The notes beneath the pieces were generated by a model that was given only the letters and a program-made list of their open reading frames with translations, did no database searches and was not told the DNA's origin. Source: Escherichia phage LPEK22. Taken from it: a DNA stretch of 64,000 nucleotides. The stretch lies in sequence record OK283619.1, one strand, 5' to 3'. Below are positions 36,931-46,436 of this stretch, piece after piece. The position numbers and the translations under genes were made by a program. Every line of letters begins with the position of its first letter. The first letter of the stretch is position 1.

Positions 36931-36971
36931 CTTCAATAAAACTTTACTTCAATAAAACTTGCGGCTATCAT
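36926..36971 (+). promoter_or_regulatory. tandemly duplicated promoter -35 region: 2 x CTTTACTTCAATAAAA, then TATCAT
   Basis: Exact 16-bp direct repeat; second TTTAC is 18 nt from TATCAT. Confidence 0.45.
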
Positions 36972-37014
36972 TTAACCTACATTGAAAAGTTTCACTACAT
37001 CATGAGAGGCAAAA

Positions 37015-38208
37015 ATGAAAGCCAAGACCTTCAGCATCCCAATTGATAACATTGGTCGTGTCAAGGAACGTCTTGCCAAACTTGAAAGAACGGCAAACCG
37101 CCTGAAACTCGAGTTCCCTCTTGTTGAGTTCAGTGAACCATACAAAACACAACACCGCGATTCTATCACTGGCGAAAAATTTTATCGTTGGTGGCAAGAT
37201 TGTACTCTAACTGGTGAAGGCATCGACCGCCCCGTTTCTTATGGTGGGTGGAGTATCATTGGACAATTCAACCACCAGTATCCAAAAGTCATTCTGAATA
37301 AACTGTCAGATGACATCCACCCAAATTTCGTTCAAAGATTTGAAGCTGAAAACGTATCTTGGTGCGAGCATTGCAACAAATCTGTGCGTCGTCATAACAC
37401 ATATGTCGTTCGTAACGAACAATCTGGCGCACAGATGCTCGTGGGTAGCAGCTGTATGCATCATTATGTCCCGCATCAGAAATCCCTTGATGCGGTTATG
37501 TCTTATTACATGTCTATTCACGAAATGTTTACCCCCGATGAAGATGACCCAGAAGGGATTTATCGGGTTAATGAACCAGATTATGTTGACACAGAAGGAT
37601 ATTTGTGTAAATGTTTTCAGGTTTTGCTGTCCGGCCTGAGCATTAAAAGTGATGATTTTGGTCGGGTTCTTGGTCATATCTCTAGCGGCACTCGTCCGGA
37701 GAAAGGTTCTGACATTGAGATATTCTATAACAAGGCTGTTAAAGCCCGTGAAGATGCTCAATCAGAGATGTATCATATGATGCTTTTCATCGCATCGTTG
37801 TCTGAAAATAACGATTTCAACGTCCGGCTGAAACGTATGTGCGAACCTGGTTATCACCTTGTTAAAGACTCAACAACAGTTCGTTGGGGAGCAGCAAAGT
37901 ATTATGATTATATCCACACCCCCCGCCAAACGCGCACTGTATCAAATTGGGTTGGTGAAGTTGGTGAAATGTTAGAAGCACAGGTCAAATTTGAAGCAAG
38001 GATTTTCCTGTATTCATCTGATTATGGTGACACGTATCTGTATACTTTCAAAACCAAGGAAGGCAATACCATTACATGGAAGACTTCCTATATGGAAACC
38101 GAGTTTTTAGAAGGCGATATGATCATTCGAGGTCGTGTCAAAGAATTGACCGAATTCAAAGGTATTAAACAAACTCAGATTACAAGGGCAAAACTGAGGA
38201 AATTATGA
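37015..38208 (+). CDS. hypothetical protein (397 aa) with Cys/His cluster
   Basis: ORF after tandem promoter; WCEHCNKS...SSCMHHY. Confidence 0.55.
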   Translation: MKAKTFSIPIDNIGRVKERLAKLERTANRLKLEFPLVEFSEPYKTQHRDSITGEKFYRWWQDCTLTGEGIDRPVSYGGWSIIGQFNHQYPKVILNKLSDDIHPNFVQRFEAENVSWCEHCNKSVRRHNTYVVRNEQSGAQMLVGSSCMHHYVPHQKSLDAVMSYYMSIHEMFTPDEDDPEGIYRVNEPDYVDTEGYLCKCFQVLLSGLSIKSDDFGRVLGHISSGTRPEKGSDIEIFYNKAVKAREDAQSEMYHMMLFIASLSENNDFNVRLKRMCEPGYHLVKDSTTVRWGAAKYYDYIHTPRQTRTVSNWVGEVGEMLEAQVKFEARIFLYSSDYGDTYLYTFKTKEGNTITWKTSYMETEFLEGDMIIRGRVKELTEFKGIKQTQITRAKLRKL

Positions 38209-38321
38209 TTCTTTTACAATTTGTTTTGAAAGCATTTGCATTCGGTCTTATCGCATGCGGAGTGATCACAGCTATGCTGTTAATCATAGCCCTGATCATC
38301 CCATTTAAGAGGAAACGTTAA
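38205..38321 (+). CDS. small membrane peptide (38 aa, MILLQFVLKAFAFGLIACGVITAMLLIIALIIPFKRKR), not in ORF track
   Basis: ATGA overlap upstream and TAATG overlap downstream; single TM helix. Confidence 0.3.
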   Translation: MILLQFVLKAFAFGLIACGVITAMLLIIALIIPFKRKR

Positions 38322-38521
38322 TGAAACGGGAAATCTTGGATGTTTACTACCCTGGATCTTGTTGTCCAGGCCATGACAAGTACCCAGCGGACACATACAA
38401 AAATCGCCGCTCTAAATCAAAACGTTCAGACGGTATTAAAAAGGAGCATCGACATGTCCGCCGTGTCAAGCGCCAAAATCTGAAATCTGATTTGCTCTTC
38501 ATTACCAAGGAGGATTTCTAA
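38321..38521 (+). CDS. hypothetical basic protein (66 aa)
   Basis: Coupled chain. Confidence 0.4.
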   Translation: MKREILDVYYPGSCCPGHDKYPADTYKNRRSKSKRSDGIKKEHRHVRRVKRQNLKSDLLFITKEDF

Positions 38522-38733
38522 TGGAATGTTCATGCGGAGGGCAAGGCACAAGTGCATACTTGCCATTTAACACCGTGAAGGAAGCCGAAGAAGCCGGATA
38601 TGCCGTGGATAAGGCTCCCTGTGTAATTGCCACCAAGGATTGTCCGTGCTGTAAGAGGCACTCTCAGGACGTGCATTACTCACCAAACGCACGTTCAGAT
38701 AAAGTCAATCTTCTTTCACTGATGAGTAAATGA
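38521..38733 (+). CDS. Cys-rich small protein (70 aa)
   Basis: MECSCGG...DCPCCKRH. Confidence 0.4.
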   Translation: MECSCGGQGTSAYLPFNTVKEAEEAGYAVDKAPCVIATKDCPCCKRHSQDVHYSPNARSDKVNLLSLMSK

Positions 38734-38734
38734 C

Positions 38735-39088
38735 ATGCGCAAATATTTTAACTGGTTGTTGGGGAAACCCCTAAGCGTCGAAATCCGTTGTCTTATTGAT
38801 GCCATCGACGCTGATGACGTTGAATGGAATGGTGAACGCTTTGTCGGTATCGATGCTGTCATCTATAACGGCGTAAGGGTATGTGCATATACAGTCAATA
38901 GCAGCGCAGGGTATAGAGTCGATATCGGTTTTTGTTTCGATTGTCTGCCATACCATGAGGCCAAGGCCGTGTATAAAGCGCTCACCCGACATCACAGGCG
39001 TCGGATTAATCGTGAAGCAATTCAGGTCGATACATATGACCGTGAAAAAGTCCGCAAAGCTCTGGGGTGTCACAATGTCAAAAGTTGA
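38735..39088 (+). CDS. hypothetical protein (117 aa)
   Basis: Coupled chain. Confidence 0.45.
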   Translation: MRKYFNWLLGKPLSVEIRCLIDAIDADDVEWNGERFVGIDAVIYNGVRVCAYTVNSSAGYRVDIGFCFDCLPYHEAKAVYKALTRHHRRRINREAIQVDTYDREKVRKALGCHNVKS

Positions 39089-39494
39089 AATCCAATGCAA
39101 ATGCTGTCCGAACAAGAAGATGGTTCGCCAGGCCGACATTGACCGTGGCTGGGGGTTGTTCTGTTCTAAGTCTTGCGCCGCCTACTGGAAGACCTTTGGG
39201 TGTCGTAAAGATACCCCAACAGACCTGTCCCTGAATGGCAAGCGACCTAAATCGGCGCAGGCAATCCTTTCTGATTTGCGGAAAGAGTCTGTCCGCCTTT
39301 CTGCTGGCCTCACTGAAGAGCAGATGGACAAACTCAATAAGGCGGGTTGTGGTCATATCCGATTCGACGGAATGGACTATCCTCTGTTCAGTTCTCGCCA
39401 GCTCAGAGTCCTTGGGGCTTCAAAGGCTGAGATAAGAGAAGCTGAACGCGATGAAGCCGAAGAGGGCGCATACGGCCATCACGATTTTCAATAA
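39075..39494 (+). CDS. Cys-rich putative zinc-binding protein (139 aa)
   Basis: CKCCPNKK...CSKSCAAYW; internal ATG of track ORF 38883..39494. Confidence 0.45.
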   Translation: MSKVEIQCKCCPNKKMVRQADIDRGWGLFCSKSCAAYWKTFGCRKDTPTDLSLNGKRPKSAQAILSDLRKESVRLSAGLTEEQMDKLNKAGCGHIRFDGMDYPLFSSRQLRVLGASKAEIREAERDEAEEGAYGHHDFQ

Positions 39495-39541
39495 ACGATT
39501 TACCCATATAATGCATGGGAACTTTACAGAAGGATCAGACT

Positions 39542-39901
39542 ATGACCACACTTGTAGAAACATTATTCCCAGGATGCACCCTTGGGCGCGGCGGTAGCGA
39601 AGCCAACGGGCTGGCAATTGACGCCGAACCCCAGAACTGTGTTGTTATCGACAAATTCCATGACAATCATTATGCTCTGAATGATCGTCGCGATCATTAT
39701 TTGGTTTCTGTGGGAGAATCTTTGGTTCACCTTCGAATCTGTTCTGCTTTACCAGGATATGGGTATGACGCATTTGCTTATATCCATGATGTTTCCAACG
39801 GTGAGATGGGGAAAGAATCCCTGATTGAAAAATTCAAGAGTTGGAAGGAATCTTTCACCTCTGCCACACCACCGAACAACAGAAAAAGACGCAGCAAATA
39901 A
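39542..39901 (+). CDS. hypothetical protein
   Basis: Internal ATG with AAGGA SD within track ORF 39515..39901. Confidence 0.4.
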   Translation: MTTLVETLFPGCTLGRGGSEANGLAIDAEPQNCVVIDKFHDNHYALNDRRDHYLVSVGESLVHLRICSALPGYGYDAFAYIHDVSNGEMGKESLIEKFKSWKESFTSATPPNNRKRRSK

Positions 39902-39954
39902 ATCTATTGAAGTCTCTAGGGTTATAATAGCATGACGAATAACCCTGGAGACAC

Positions 39955-41382
39955 ATGATGCTTCCTCTTTTAGAAATAATTCAAAATCTTCGCGATACCA
40001 AAGGCACCAACGCCAAGAAAGCTGTGCTGACCGAGGCGTTCAGAAACAACCCAGAATTGGTTGATTTCCTTCAATACGTCTACGACCCGATGCGTTCTTA
40101 TTACCGCACTCAATTCAATCTAAACGCATTCCCTCGCATGCTTTCGCGCGGCGTTGTTGGTAGCTGGGATCAGGTTTATGACGTTCTCGATATGATGGCC
40201 GAACGCAAGATCGGTGGGATGAAGGCAGATCAAGAACTTGCGAAGGCCGCGACCAACATCCATCCGGATTACCATACCCTGATACAAATTATACTCGACA
40301 GAGACATCAAAGCGGGAATTGCCGAGAAAGGTATAAACGCAGCATTCAATGCGGCAGGTGGTACAGGGCGTCTGATTAATATCCTTCCATATCACCGTTA
40401 TGATAACATGACGATTGACTTGCTGAAGAAGATGGACTTCAAGCGCGGCGTCTTCAGCCAGCTGAAGTCAGATGGCATGTTCGCCAACATCATCTGTCGT
40501 TATGGAAGAGACCCAGAGATTCGTTCTCGTTCCGGTTCTCTTATTGCGGGTGGTTCCGTTGATAACCTGTCATTGGTTTTCAAAGACCTGATCTATGATG
40601 CGGGGATTGGTGAAAGCGTCTTCCATGGTGAACTGCTCGTCATTGATCTGAAAACGAATACAGTGTTGCCTCGGGCTATCGGCAATGGTAAGCTCAACAG
40701 TGTCATCCAAACGGGTGAACCCCTGGAAGATCGTTACAAGGTGATCTACCGAGTGTGGGACGTTGTGCCGTATGATAATTGGTTCAATGCTCAGCGTGTG
40801 GACACCCCATATGAGCGCCGTTTTGATATCATACAACAGTTGTTCGAAGGGGATGACGGACTGGTTCAGGTTCAAGAAACCCGTGTTGTTCATTCATTTG
40901 AAGAAGCTGTCGAACACTTCAAAGACGCTTTGGCTCGTCGGGAAGAAGGCACGATTTGTAAGGCCGCAGATATGCCTTGGGAAGATGGAACATCATCTGA
41001 AGGGTTAAAGCTAAAAATGGAAGTAGAATGTGACCTTGAAATCGTTGGCTTCAACGAGGCCGATAAGAAAGGGAAGCACGCCAAGACATTTGGATCTCTC
41101 CTCTGCAAGACCTCTGATAGCCTCTTAGTTGTTGGCGTATCGGGGATCTCAGATGAGTTGAGACTACGAATGTGGGAAAACCAAGAGGACTTCATTGGTA
41201 AGATTGCCGCCGTGCTCTCTAATGGCGTACAGGATAAAACCGATGACGCCATGAAGTCTCTATTCCTTCCACGTCTCGTTGAAGTACGCACAGACAAGAA
41301 AGTCGCTAATACACTGGCTGAAGTCTATGCTATCCAGAAAGCATATATCGAAAATATTTTGGTGTTGTTGGAAGCGGCATGA
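39955..41382 (+). CDS. ATP-dependent DNA ligase (T4 gp30-like)
   Basis: Adenylation motif QLKSDGMF (KxDG), 475 aa. Confidence 0.8.
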   Translation: MMLPLLEIIQNLRDTKGTNAKKAVLTEAFRNNPELVDFLQYVYDPMRSYYRTQFNLNAFPRMLSRGVVGSWDQVYDVLDMMAERKIGGMKADQELAKAATNIHPDYHTLIQIILDRDIKAGIAEKGINAAFNAAGGTGRLINILPYHRYDNMTIDLLKKMDFKRGVFSQLKSDGMFANIICRYGRDPEIRSRSGSLIAGGSVDNLSLVFKDLIYDAGIGESVFHGELLVIDLKTNTVLPRAIGNGKLNSVIQTGEPLEDRYKVIYRVWDVVPYDNWFNAQRVDTPYERRFDIIQQLFEGDDGLVQVQETRVVHSFEEAVEHFKDALARREEGTICKAADMPWEDGTSSEGLKLKMEVECDLEIVGFNEADKKGKHAKTFGSLLCKTSDSLLVVGVSGISDELRLRMWENQEDFIGKIAAVLSNGVQDKTDDAMKSLFLPRLVEVRTDKKVANTLAEVYAIQKAYIENILVLLEAA

Positions 41383-41386
41383 AAAT

Positions 41387-41410
41387 CGGGGTTCTTCGGA
41401 ACCCCATTCA
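41387..41410 (+). terminator. terminator-like hairpin after ligase gene
   Basis: GGGGTTC-TTCG-GAACCCC followed by ATTCAATAAA. Confidence 0.45.
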
Positions 41411-41459
41411 ATAAAGACAGTAGCAGTATAATTCCAAGAAATCATTACCAGGTGTTATT

Positions 41460-41723
41460 ATGAAACTTATTGATAAGAAACCAAGGAAAGACAATGATTC
41501 TCTTAATCTCATAAACATTATGAGGGAATTGGGAGTTTCTGAATTACAGATGATGAAGATGATGAATTGTTCTGACGTTGTCTATAATTGGACAAACGGT
41601 TATCGTCTTATCCCAAAATCTTTTCGGCGTTTTATTCTGGCGTTGGTTTTTATTCACCGACAAGGGAAGACAGAAGAGTTTCAACGTTTCGTTCGCACAG
41701 AGGAGAGATCACGTGGTTGGTAA
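41460..41723 (+). CDS. hypothetical protein (87 aa), possible HTH
   Basis: ORF. Confidence 0.4.
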   Translation: MKLIDKKPRKDNDSLNLINIMRELGVSELQMMKMMNCSDVVYNWTNGYRLIPKSFRRFILALVFIHRQGKTEEFQRFVRTEERSRGW

Positions 41724-41866
41724 AAATCCGCCGTCATATGCCAAGATTGGAATTGCTTTTCGAAACGCCATTCTCTTTATAAAGGAGAAAGGCTTGGTGA
41801 CGGAGTTCAATCAGTTCTGTTCTGAACGCCGCAGATTACAGAAACAGAAAAGCAGGGAGAAACGCC

Positions 41867-42529
41867 ATGATAACTGAGTGGGAGAAAATGCAATATGAAA
41901 GGGCATTCAACGTTTATTGCATCTATATGGCGATCAAATTGCATTTCACCACAAAAGACTTTGATTATGGCCTGTATGGGCCGATGAACAATTACAAGTT
42001 TGAAACGTTCTATTCTAAACAGGGCGTGGCCAAACAATTTGCTAAACTTGCTCGTCGGTTCGAATCTTCCCAAGGTGAAGTGGTGGAAAATTATATTATT
42101 GCCAACTTTGTTAAATCACCAAAGACGTGGGTGACAACATTACTTACAAGACAGGCTCAAGAAAATTATAATGAATATCGCCGCCTGTATGACAACTTCT
42201 CATATAATTTTCTTGAACATTTTGAGAGATATATGATCCCTGAGATAAAAGAAAGAGGCGTGAATTTTATCCAATATATCAAAGGAAATGGTAATGGGCA
42301 TCCACCTTTACTGACAGATATTATTGTTAAACGCTATCCAATTTGGTTTCTCGTTGGATTGAATAAAGTAGTGGGGTTCATCCATTTATATGATACAATA
42401 CTCAAGGATGACATCTATTGGAACTCTGAGTCCTTTTTATTAAAGAAAACCAATTCAGTTGTTCCTGATGAAAACACAGAATACACAAAAGGAAAACTCC
42501 GTGAGCTAATCCTTGCCCACGGAATTTGA
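41867..42529 (+). CDS. putative helicase loader (T4 gp59-like)
   Basis: Weak resemblance to T4 gp59 N-terminus as recalled (YMAIKLHF...DFDYGLYGPMNNYKFETFYSK). Confidence 0.35.
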   Translation: MITEWEKMQYERAFNVYCIYMAIKLHFTTKDFDYGLYGPMNNYKFETFYSKQGVAKQFAKLARRFESSQGEVVENYIIANFVKSPKTWVTTLLTRQAQENYNEYRRLYDNFSYNFLEHFERYMIPEIKERGVNFIQYIKGNGNGHPPLLTDIIVKRYPIWFLVGLNKVVGFIHLYDTILKDDIYWNSESFLLKKTNSVVPDENTEYTKGKLRELILAHGI

Positions 42530-44470
42530 TTACCAATCCCAGAGAATGCGCCCTGTATCAGTACGGTTGGACGGCTCCAACTGTGAACTATTGAAGTTGT
42601 TCGTCGTACTGACTTTCTTCGAGTTGTCCACATTTTGTTGTACTGGAACCACAACACTGGCTGGCGGGTTAGCATAGGCGGATTTAACTTCTTCGATGTT
42701 ATTGGCTGCTCTTCCTTGAACCGGATAAGCCCCGCCCAGAGTACCTCCCCCAATCCCTGCGTATGCGTCTTTCAATTGTGAAGTTCTATCCGTAACGTTG
42801 ACAGCGTCTGAGGACACCCCAGAAGGCATTGGAGTTAACGTGCTGATATTGGCATTGGGTTGTGCTGGTGATTGGCTGCTTGGCGGCGTAGACGCATTCT
42901 CAGGAGCCTTATCGTCTTGGCTGATTAGCATAGACTGTCTTGCTTCCGCCATTTTGTTCCTGGCTGCTTCACCACCCAGAGCATCAGGTATGATACTCAC
43001 GAATTTATCCACGATATCAAACATGGCATTGGTTATGGCATTCAACATATTAAAGAATGGTTTCTTCACGTTTTCCGCAAATCCTTTCTTCATATCTTCA
43101 ACGACTTTATTTGCAGCCGCCATGCCATCATCAATCAATCCTGATATCCCGCCCGTTACCCAATCAACCAATTTTATCAATTGGCCTTGTAAGTTGTCTG
43201 CAAGTTTACCAGGGATTTCGGTCAGTGATGTACTCTTCCCGATACCCGCAAACAAATCGTTGGTGACCCAATCAACAATCGAGTTCAACCAACGCACGGG
43301 CGCTTCGGTCATTTTCAGCACTTGTTCACGGAACGCCTTTCCAAACCCAGCATTGTTCCATCCGAATATTTCAGCAACCCAATCAGCGAGATCCCCGAAA
43401 CTACCGACCAGCTCTGTTATCCCTGCCTGAACCCGATCAACGATCGATACTTGCGCTTTACCAAGGATTTCTTTAGCATTAAAGAAACCTTTACCGAATT
43501 CAAATACAGATGTTATTAACGCCAGAGGTCCAACTCGAAGCATCTTGGTTGCTGCTTTCAGAGGCGCAAGCAACCCGCCGATCCCAGCACCAAACCCCAT
43601 GAATAATTTAATGAAGCCACCAACAAGTTTTAATGGGGACATCAGGAGTTTTAACGCGCCCAGTCCAAGGAGTGCCCCCAGCGCCGCGCCTAACCCAGAA
43701 GATTGACCATCTTGTTTAGGCTCAGACGGAGGGATAGAACCAGCCTCTGGGTTGTTCTTGTTTTCCTTACCTTCTTCGCCACGACGGAATTTCTCTTCTT
43801 CTCTATATTTTTGATCACTTTCATAGATACGTGTCAGAGTATCATTAAGATCTTCGTTCATGTATCCCAATTTGTCATCAATGCTGTCGAGGCGGGTAAC
43901 AGTTTCGTTACTGGCATCTTTATTGAAATCCAGCGTGTCCTTATGTGTTTGAAGCATTATGTCAGTCAGGTTTACGATCTCCCCTCCGACCAACGCCAGC
44001 TTATCCTTTAATCCATCAAGGCGTTCAAGACTATCTTCGTTGGCCGCACCTAATTGATCTGATATCATGTCAAGATATTCAACTGACATGTCGTCAACCG
44101 GACCATTCGCCGCTTCACCAAATTTTTCGATCTTGGTGGCGATACGCATCAGTTCTTCATTGCCATCCTTTGTTAGACTGACGGTGTCTTTCATCCAAGT
44201 GCTGTAATCCCTTGTGAAAATAGGACTGACGCGGACAAACCCACCAACAATATCATTCACCGATGGGAATTTAATTGGCGGGACTTTCTGCTCCTGATTA
44301 GACGCCTGGCGTGTCTTCAGAGATTGCAGTTGTTTGTTGACATCGGCGAGCTGTTTATTCGTCTCGGATTGGGCGCGCAATTGCTTGCGCTCCATCATTT
44401 CTTTTTTGATTTTATCCAAAACCTTGACGATGTCTTGCTGCCCTGGTGTCGGTTGATTGTTATCTGCCAT
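42530..44470 (-). CDS. tail tape-measure-like / baseplate hub length-determining protein (gp29-like)
   Basis: 646 aa, N-terminal coiled coil, Gly-rich hydrophobic stretch GLGAALGALLGLGALKLL...GFGAGIGGLLAPL. Confidence 0.5.
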   Translation of the reverse strand: MADNNQPTPGQQDIVKVLDKIKKEMMERKQLRAQSETNKQLADVNKQLQSLKTRQASNQEQKVPPIKFPSVNDIVGGFVRVSPIFTRDYSTWMKDTVSLTKDGNEELMRIATKIEKFGEAANGPVDDMSVEYLDMISDQLGAANEDSLERLDGLKDKLALVGGEIVNLTDIMLQTHKDTLDFNKDASNETVTRLDSIDDKLGYMNEDLNDTLTRIYESDQKYREEEKFRRGEEGKENKNNPEAGSIPPSEPKQDGQSSGLGAALGALLGLGALKLLMSPLKLVGGFIKLFMGFGAGIGGLLAPLKAATKMLRVGPLALITSVFEFGKGFFNAKEILGKAQVSIVDRVQAGITELVGSFGDLADWVAEIFGWNNAGFGKAFREQVLKMTEAPVRWLNSIVDWVTNDLFAGIGKSTSLTEIPGKLADNLQGQLIKLVDWVTGGISGLIDDGMAAANKVVEDMKKGFAENVKKPFFNMLNAITNAMFDIVDKFVSIIPDALGGEAARNKMAEARQSMLISQDDKAPENASTPPSSQSPAQPNANISTLTPMPSGVSSDAVNVTDRTSQLKDAYAGIGGGTLGGAYPVQGRAANNIEEVKSAYANPPASVVVPVQQNVDNSKKVSTTNNFNSSQLEPSNRTDTGRILWDW

Positions 44471-44480
44471 TTGTCACCTC

Positions 44481-45869
44481 TCAGACCTTCTGGGCTTGTC
44501 CTTTCTCTATTGGCGTCGGAGTTGGTGTAGAAGCCACAGTTTGACCAGTCTGAGGCGGTAAGACCTTCTGGATCATACTATCTTTGGCAATCTCGGCGAC
44601 GCATTGATAATCATTTGTCAGGCGTGAAATCTTATGGCGTATCTTTGTGACGATATAATGGCCTGTTGATAACTTACTTAACTCGGCAATGTTTTCATTA
44701 GATTTCGGGCGGTTCGACAAATCTTCAATATAATAAACCTGCCCAACATTCAGACGGTTATCCCCCACGACCAGTAAACGCATAACCGTTGACGCGAGGC
44801 TGAATTCTATAACGCGTCGTGCGTAATCTATTTGTTCGGCACCATCCGGTTGCGCTTCAATGTACCTAACGTTCTCGCGGTCGAATTGATCAGAGAACAA
44901 AGGGAACGGATCAAGGTGAGCAGTGCTGTCAAACCATTCTGAATAAATGCGTTGGGTCGCTGTCGTGGATTTTGTACTAAAGTCATACACGCGCTCGTTC
45001 ACTGCCAAGATATCCCGATAATTCGCCATGTACTGATCACGCGCCAGTTTCTTTTCAGCCTTGATGATCGTCCGCATAAAACGTTCGGAGTTGAAGTTAT
45101 TGTCTTGCATTAACGGGGCATCTTGAGGATCACGGAAGAATTTCTTTTCCGCGCTTGCCTCTTGTTTCTCTTCAGCAGTCATAGACTGGTTGCCCTGGTT
45201 GAACAATGTTGTCATGCTTTTGAAGTGATAACCCGTAAAGTCTTCATAGAAAACGAACGGCATGAATAATTCGTCATATGCACGGCTGGCCATATAATCT
45301 ATGGAGCGGAGTACAGGCCAAAGAGGGGTAGCGAACCTTTCTTGTATCCCATATGAAGGATCTATGTCTTCAAATTTGGTGCGTGAATTCAGTTGCTCAA
45401 AGATCTTAGCTGCCATCTCAGAATAAGAACCGCTTAATCCAACAGATTTACGCAACATGCTATCTCGATACGCGTCTGTTGTCACCAAGTGTAACCAAAA
45501 TGCCTTTTTCGAAGAAGAGTTCGATTCGTCAGCAACTCTCCCCACCCGACTGACTCGTAATGAAAGTGTAGTGTAATCAGAAGCTGCAGGCGATTTGAAC
45601 GATACCACTACTTCCTCACCTCCGAGGATTGGCATCGTATCCAATATATCCCAGCCTTCTTTGATCAGAATATTAGCTGTCAGCGACGGTGAAGCATTCC
45701 CTTCCAGACCAAGATCCTGATATACGTTGAATTCTTGAAACAACGATGAAAGGTCATAAGGCTTGGGAGTACCGCCTTCAGGCGTGTGTGGTAATATCGC
45801 CATATATTTCAAATCAAATGTTGTGGACGGAGTTAAAATTCCGTCCTGGGATTCTTTATTTTCGATCAT
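44481..45869 (-). CDS. baseplate hub-like structural protein (gp27-like?)
   Basis: Position in tail/baseplate block; product name is a guess. Confidence 0.35.
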   Translation of the reverse strand: MIENKESQDGILTPSTTFDLKYMAILPHTPEGGTPKPYDLSSLFQEFNVYQDLGLEGNASPSLTANILIKEGWDILDTMPILGGEEVVVSFKSPAASDYTTLSLRVSRVGRVADESNSSSKKAFWLHLVTTDAYRDSMLRKSVGLSGSYSEMAAKIFEQLNSRTKFEDIDPSYGIQERFATPLWPVLRSIDYMASRAYDELFMPFVFYEDFTGYHFKSMTTLFNQGNQSMTAEEKQEASAEKKFFRDPQDAPLMQDNNFNSERFMRTIIKAEKKLARDQYMANYRDILAVNERVYDFSTKSTTATQRIYSEWFDSTAHLDPFPLFSDQFDRENVRYIEAQPDGAEQIDYARRVIEFSLASTVMRLLVVGDNRLNVGQVYYIEDLSNRPKSNENIAELSKLSTGHYIVTKIRHKISRLTNDYQCVAEIAKDSMIQKVLPPQTGQTVASTPTPTPIEKGQAQKV

Positions 45870-46423
45870 TTGGTCAGCTCCTGTTCCAGCTGATTAACAA
45901 AGGAAGAAACATAATCTGGGTCTAGAACCTGAATATTCCGTTTGGCTTCGTTTTTGTTTATAGCATCATCATGATATGTAATACCTGTCAGACCATAGTT
46001 GGCGATAATCGTGGAATCATCCATAGAACCAAGGCCATATGCTAAACGTATTGCTCTAGGATCTGTTTCATGACCGAATTCGTCAACGTAGTATTTCACA
46101 TCCCACATTCCGTCAAGGCCGTATCGATCCGTCAGTTCTTCAATGATACGGCGCTCTGGTTTTGGCCAGTCCTCTGCGATGTCCATGATACCATTGATAA
46201 GACATGGGATCCAAAACAGCTCGAAGGAACCGTAGACGCGTTCGGCAAAAGACCTTGGGGTTTCCCCATCGAAAACAGTATACGGCAGGAGAAGCCCTTC
46301 TATGTCCCTAATTTTCTTAACAACCATAACCCGTCGTGTTAAGTTCTGTAACAGGACTTGGTCATCCTCTTTGACACCAATTAATTGATGCCACACGAGT
46401 GGAAATTTCTCAAAATATTTCAT
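45866..46423 (-). CDS. baseplate/tail structural protein (185 aa)
   Basis: Start at internal ATG with AAGGAG SD; within structural block. Confidence 0.4.
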   Translation of the reverse strand: MKYFEKFPLVWHQLIGVKEDDQVLLQNLTRRVMVVKKIRDIEGLLLPYTVFDGETPRSFAERVYGSFELFWIPCLINGIMDIAEDWPKPERRIIEELTDRYGLDGMWDVKYYVDEFGHETDPRAIRLAYGLGSMDDSTIIANYGLTGITYHDDAINKNEAKRNIQVLDPDYVSSFVNQLEQELTK

Positions 46424-46436
46424 GGCATCTTTCTCC

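Noticed and set aside
36926-36957. Tandem 16-bp repeat considered as a CRISPR-like or iteron array
   Set aside because: Only two copies, no spacers, and the repeat matches the local promoter -35 / TTCAATAA motif; interpreted as promoter duplication
41578-41877. 99-aa ORF bridging the genes at 41460 and 41867
   Set aside because: N-terminal part overlaps gene 41460..41723 in another frame; only a possible GTG-initiated 54-aa C-terminal fragment (about 41713..41877, GAGGAGA ribosome-binding site) might be real, too uncertain to list as a feature
42798-43430. 210-aa plus-strand ORF
   Set aside because: Lies entirely inside the minus-strand tape-measure-like gene; low-complexity antisense product
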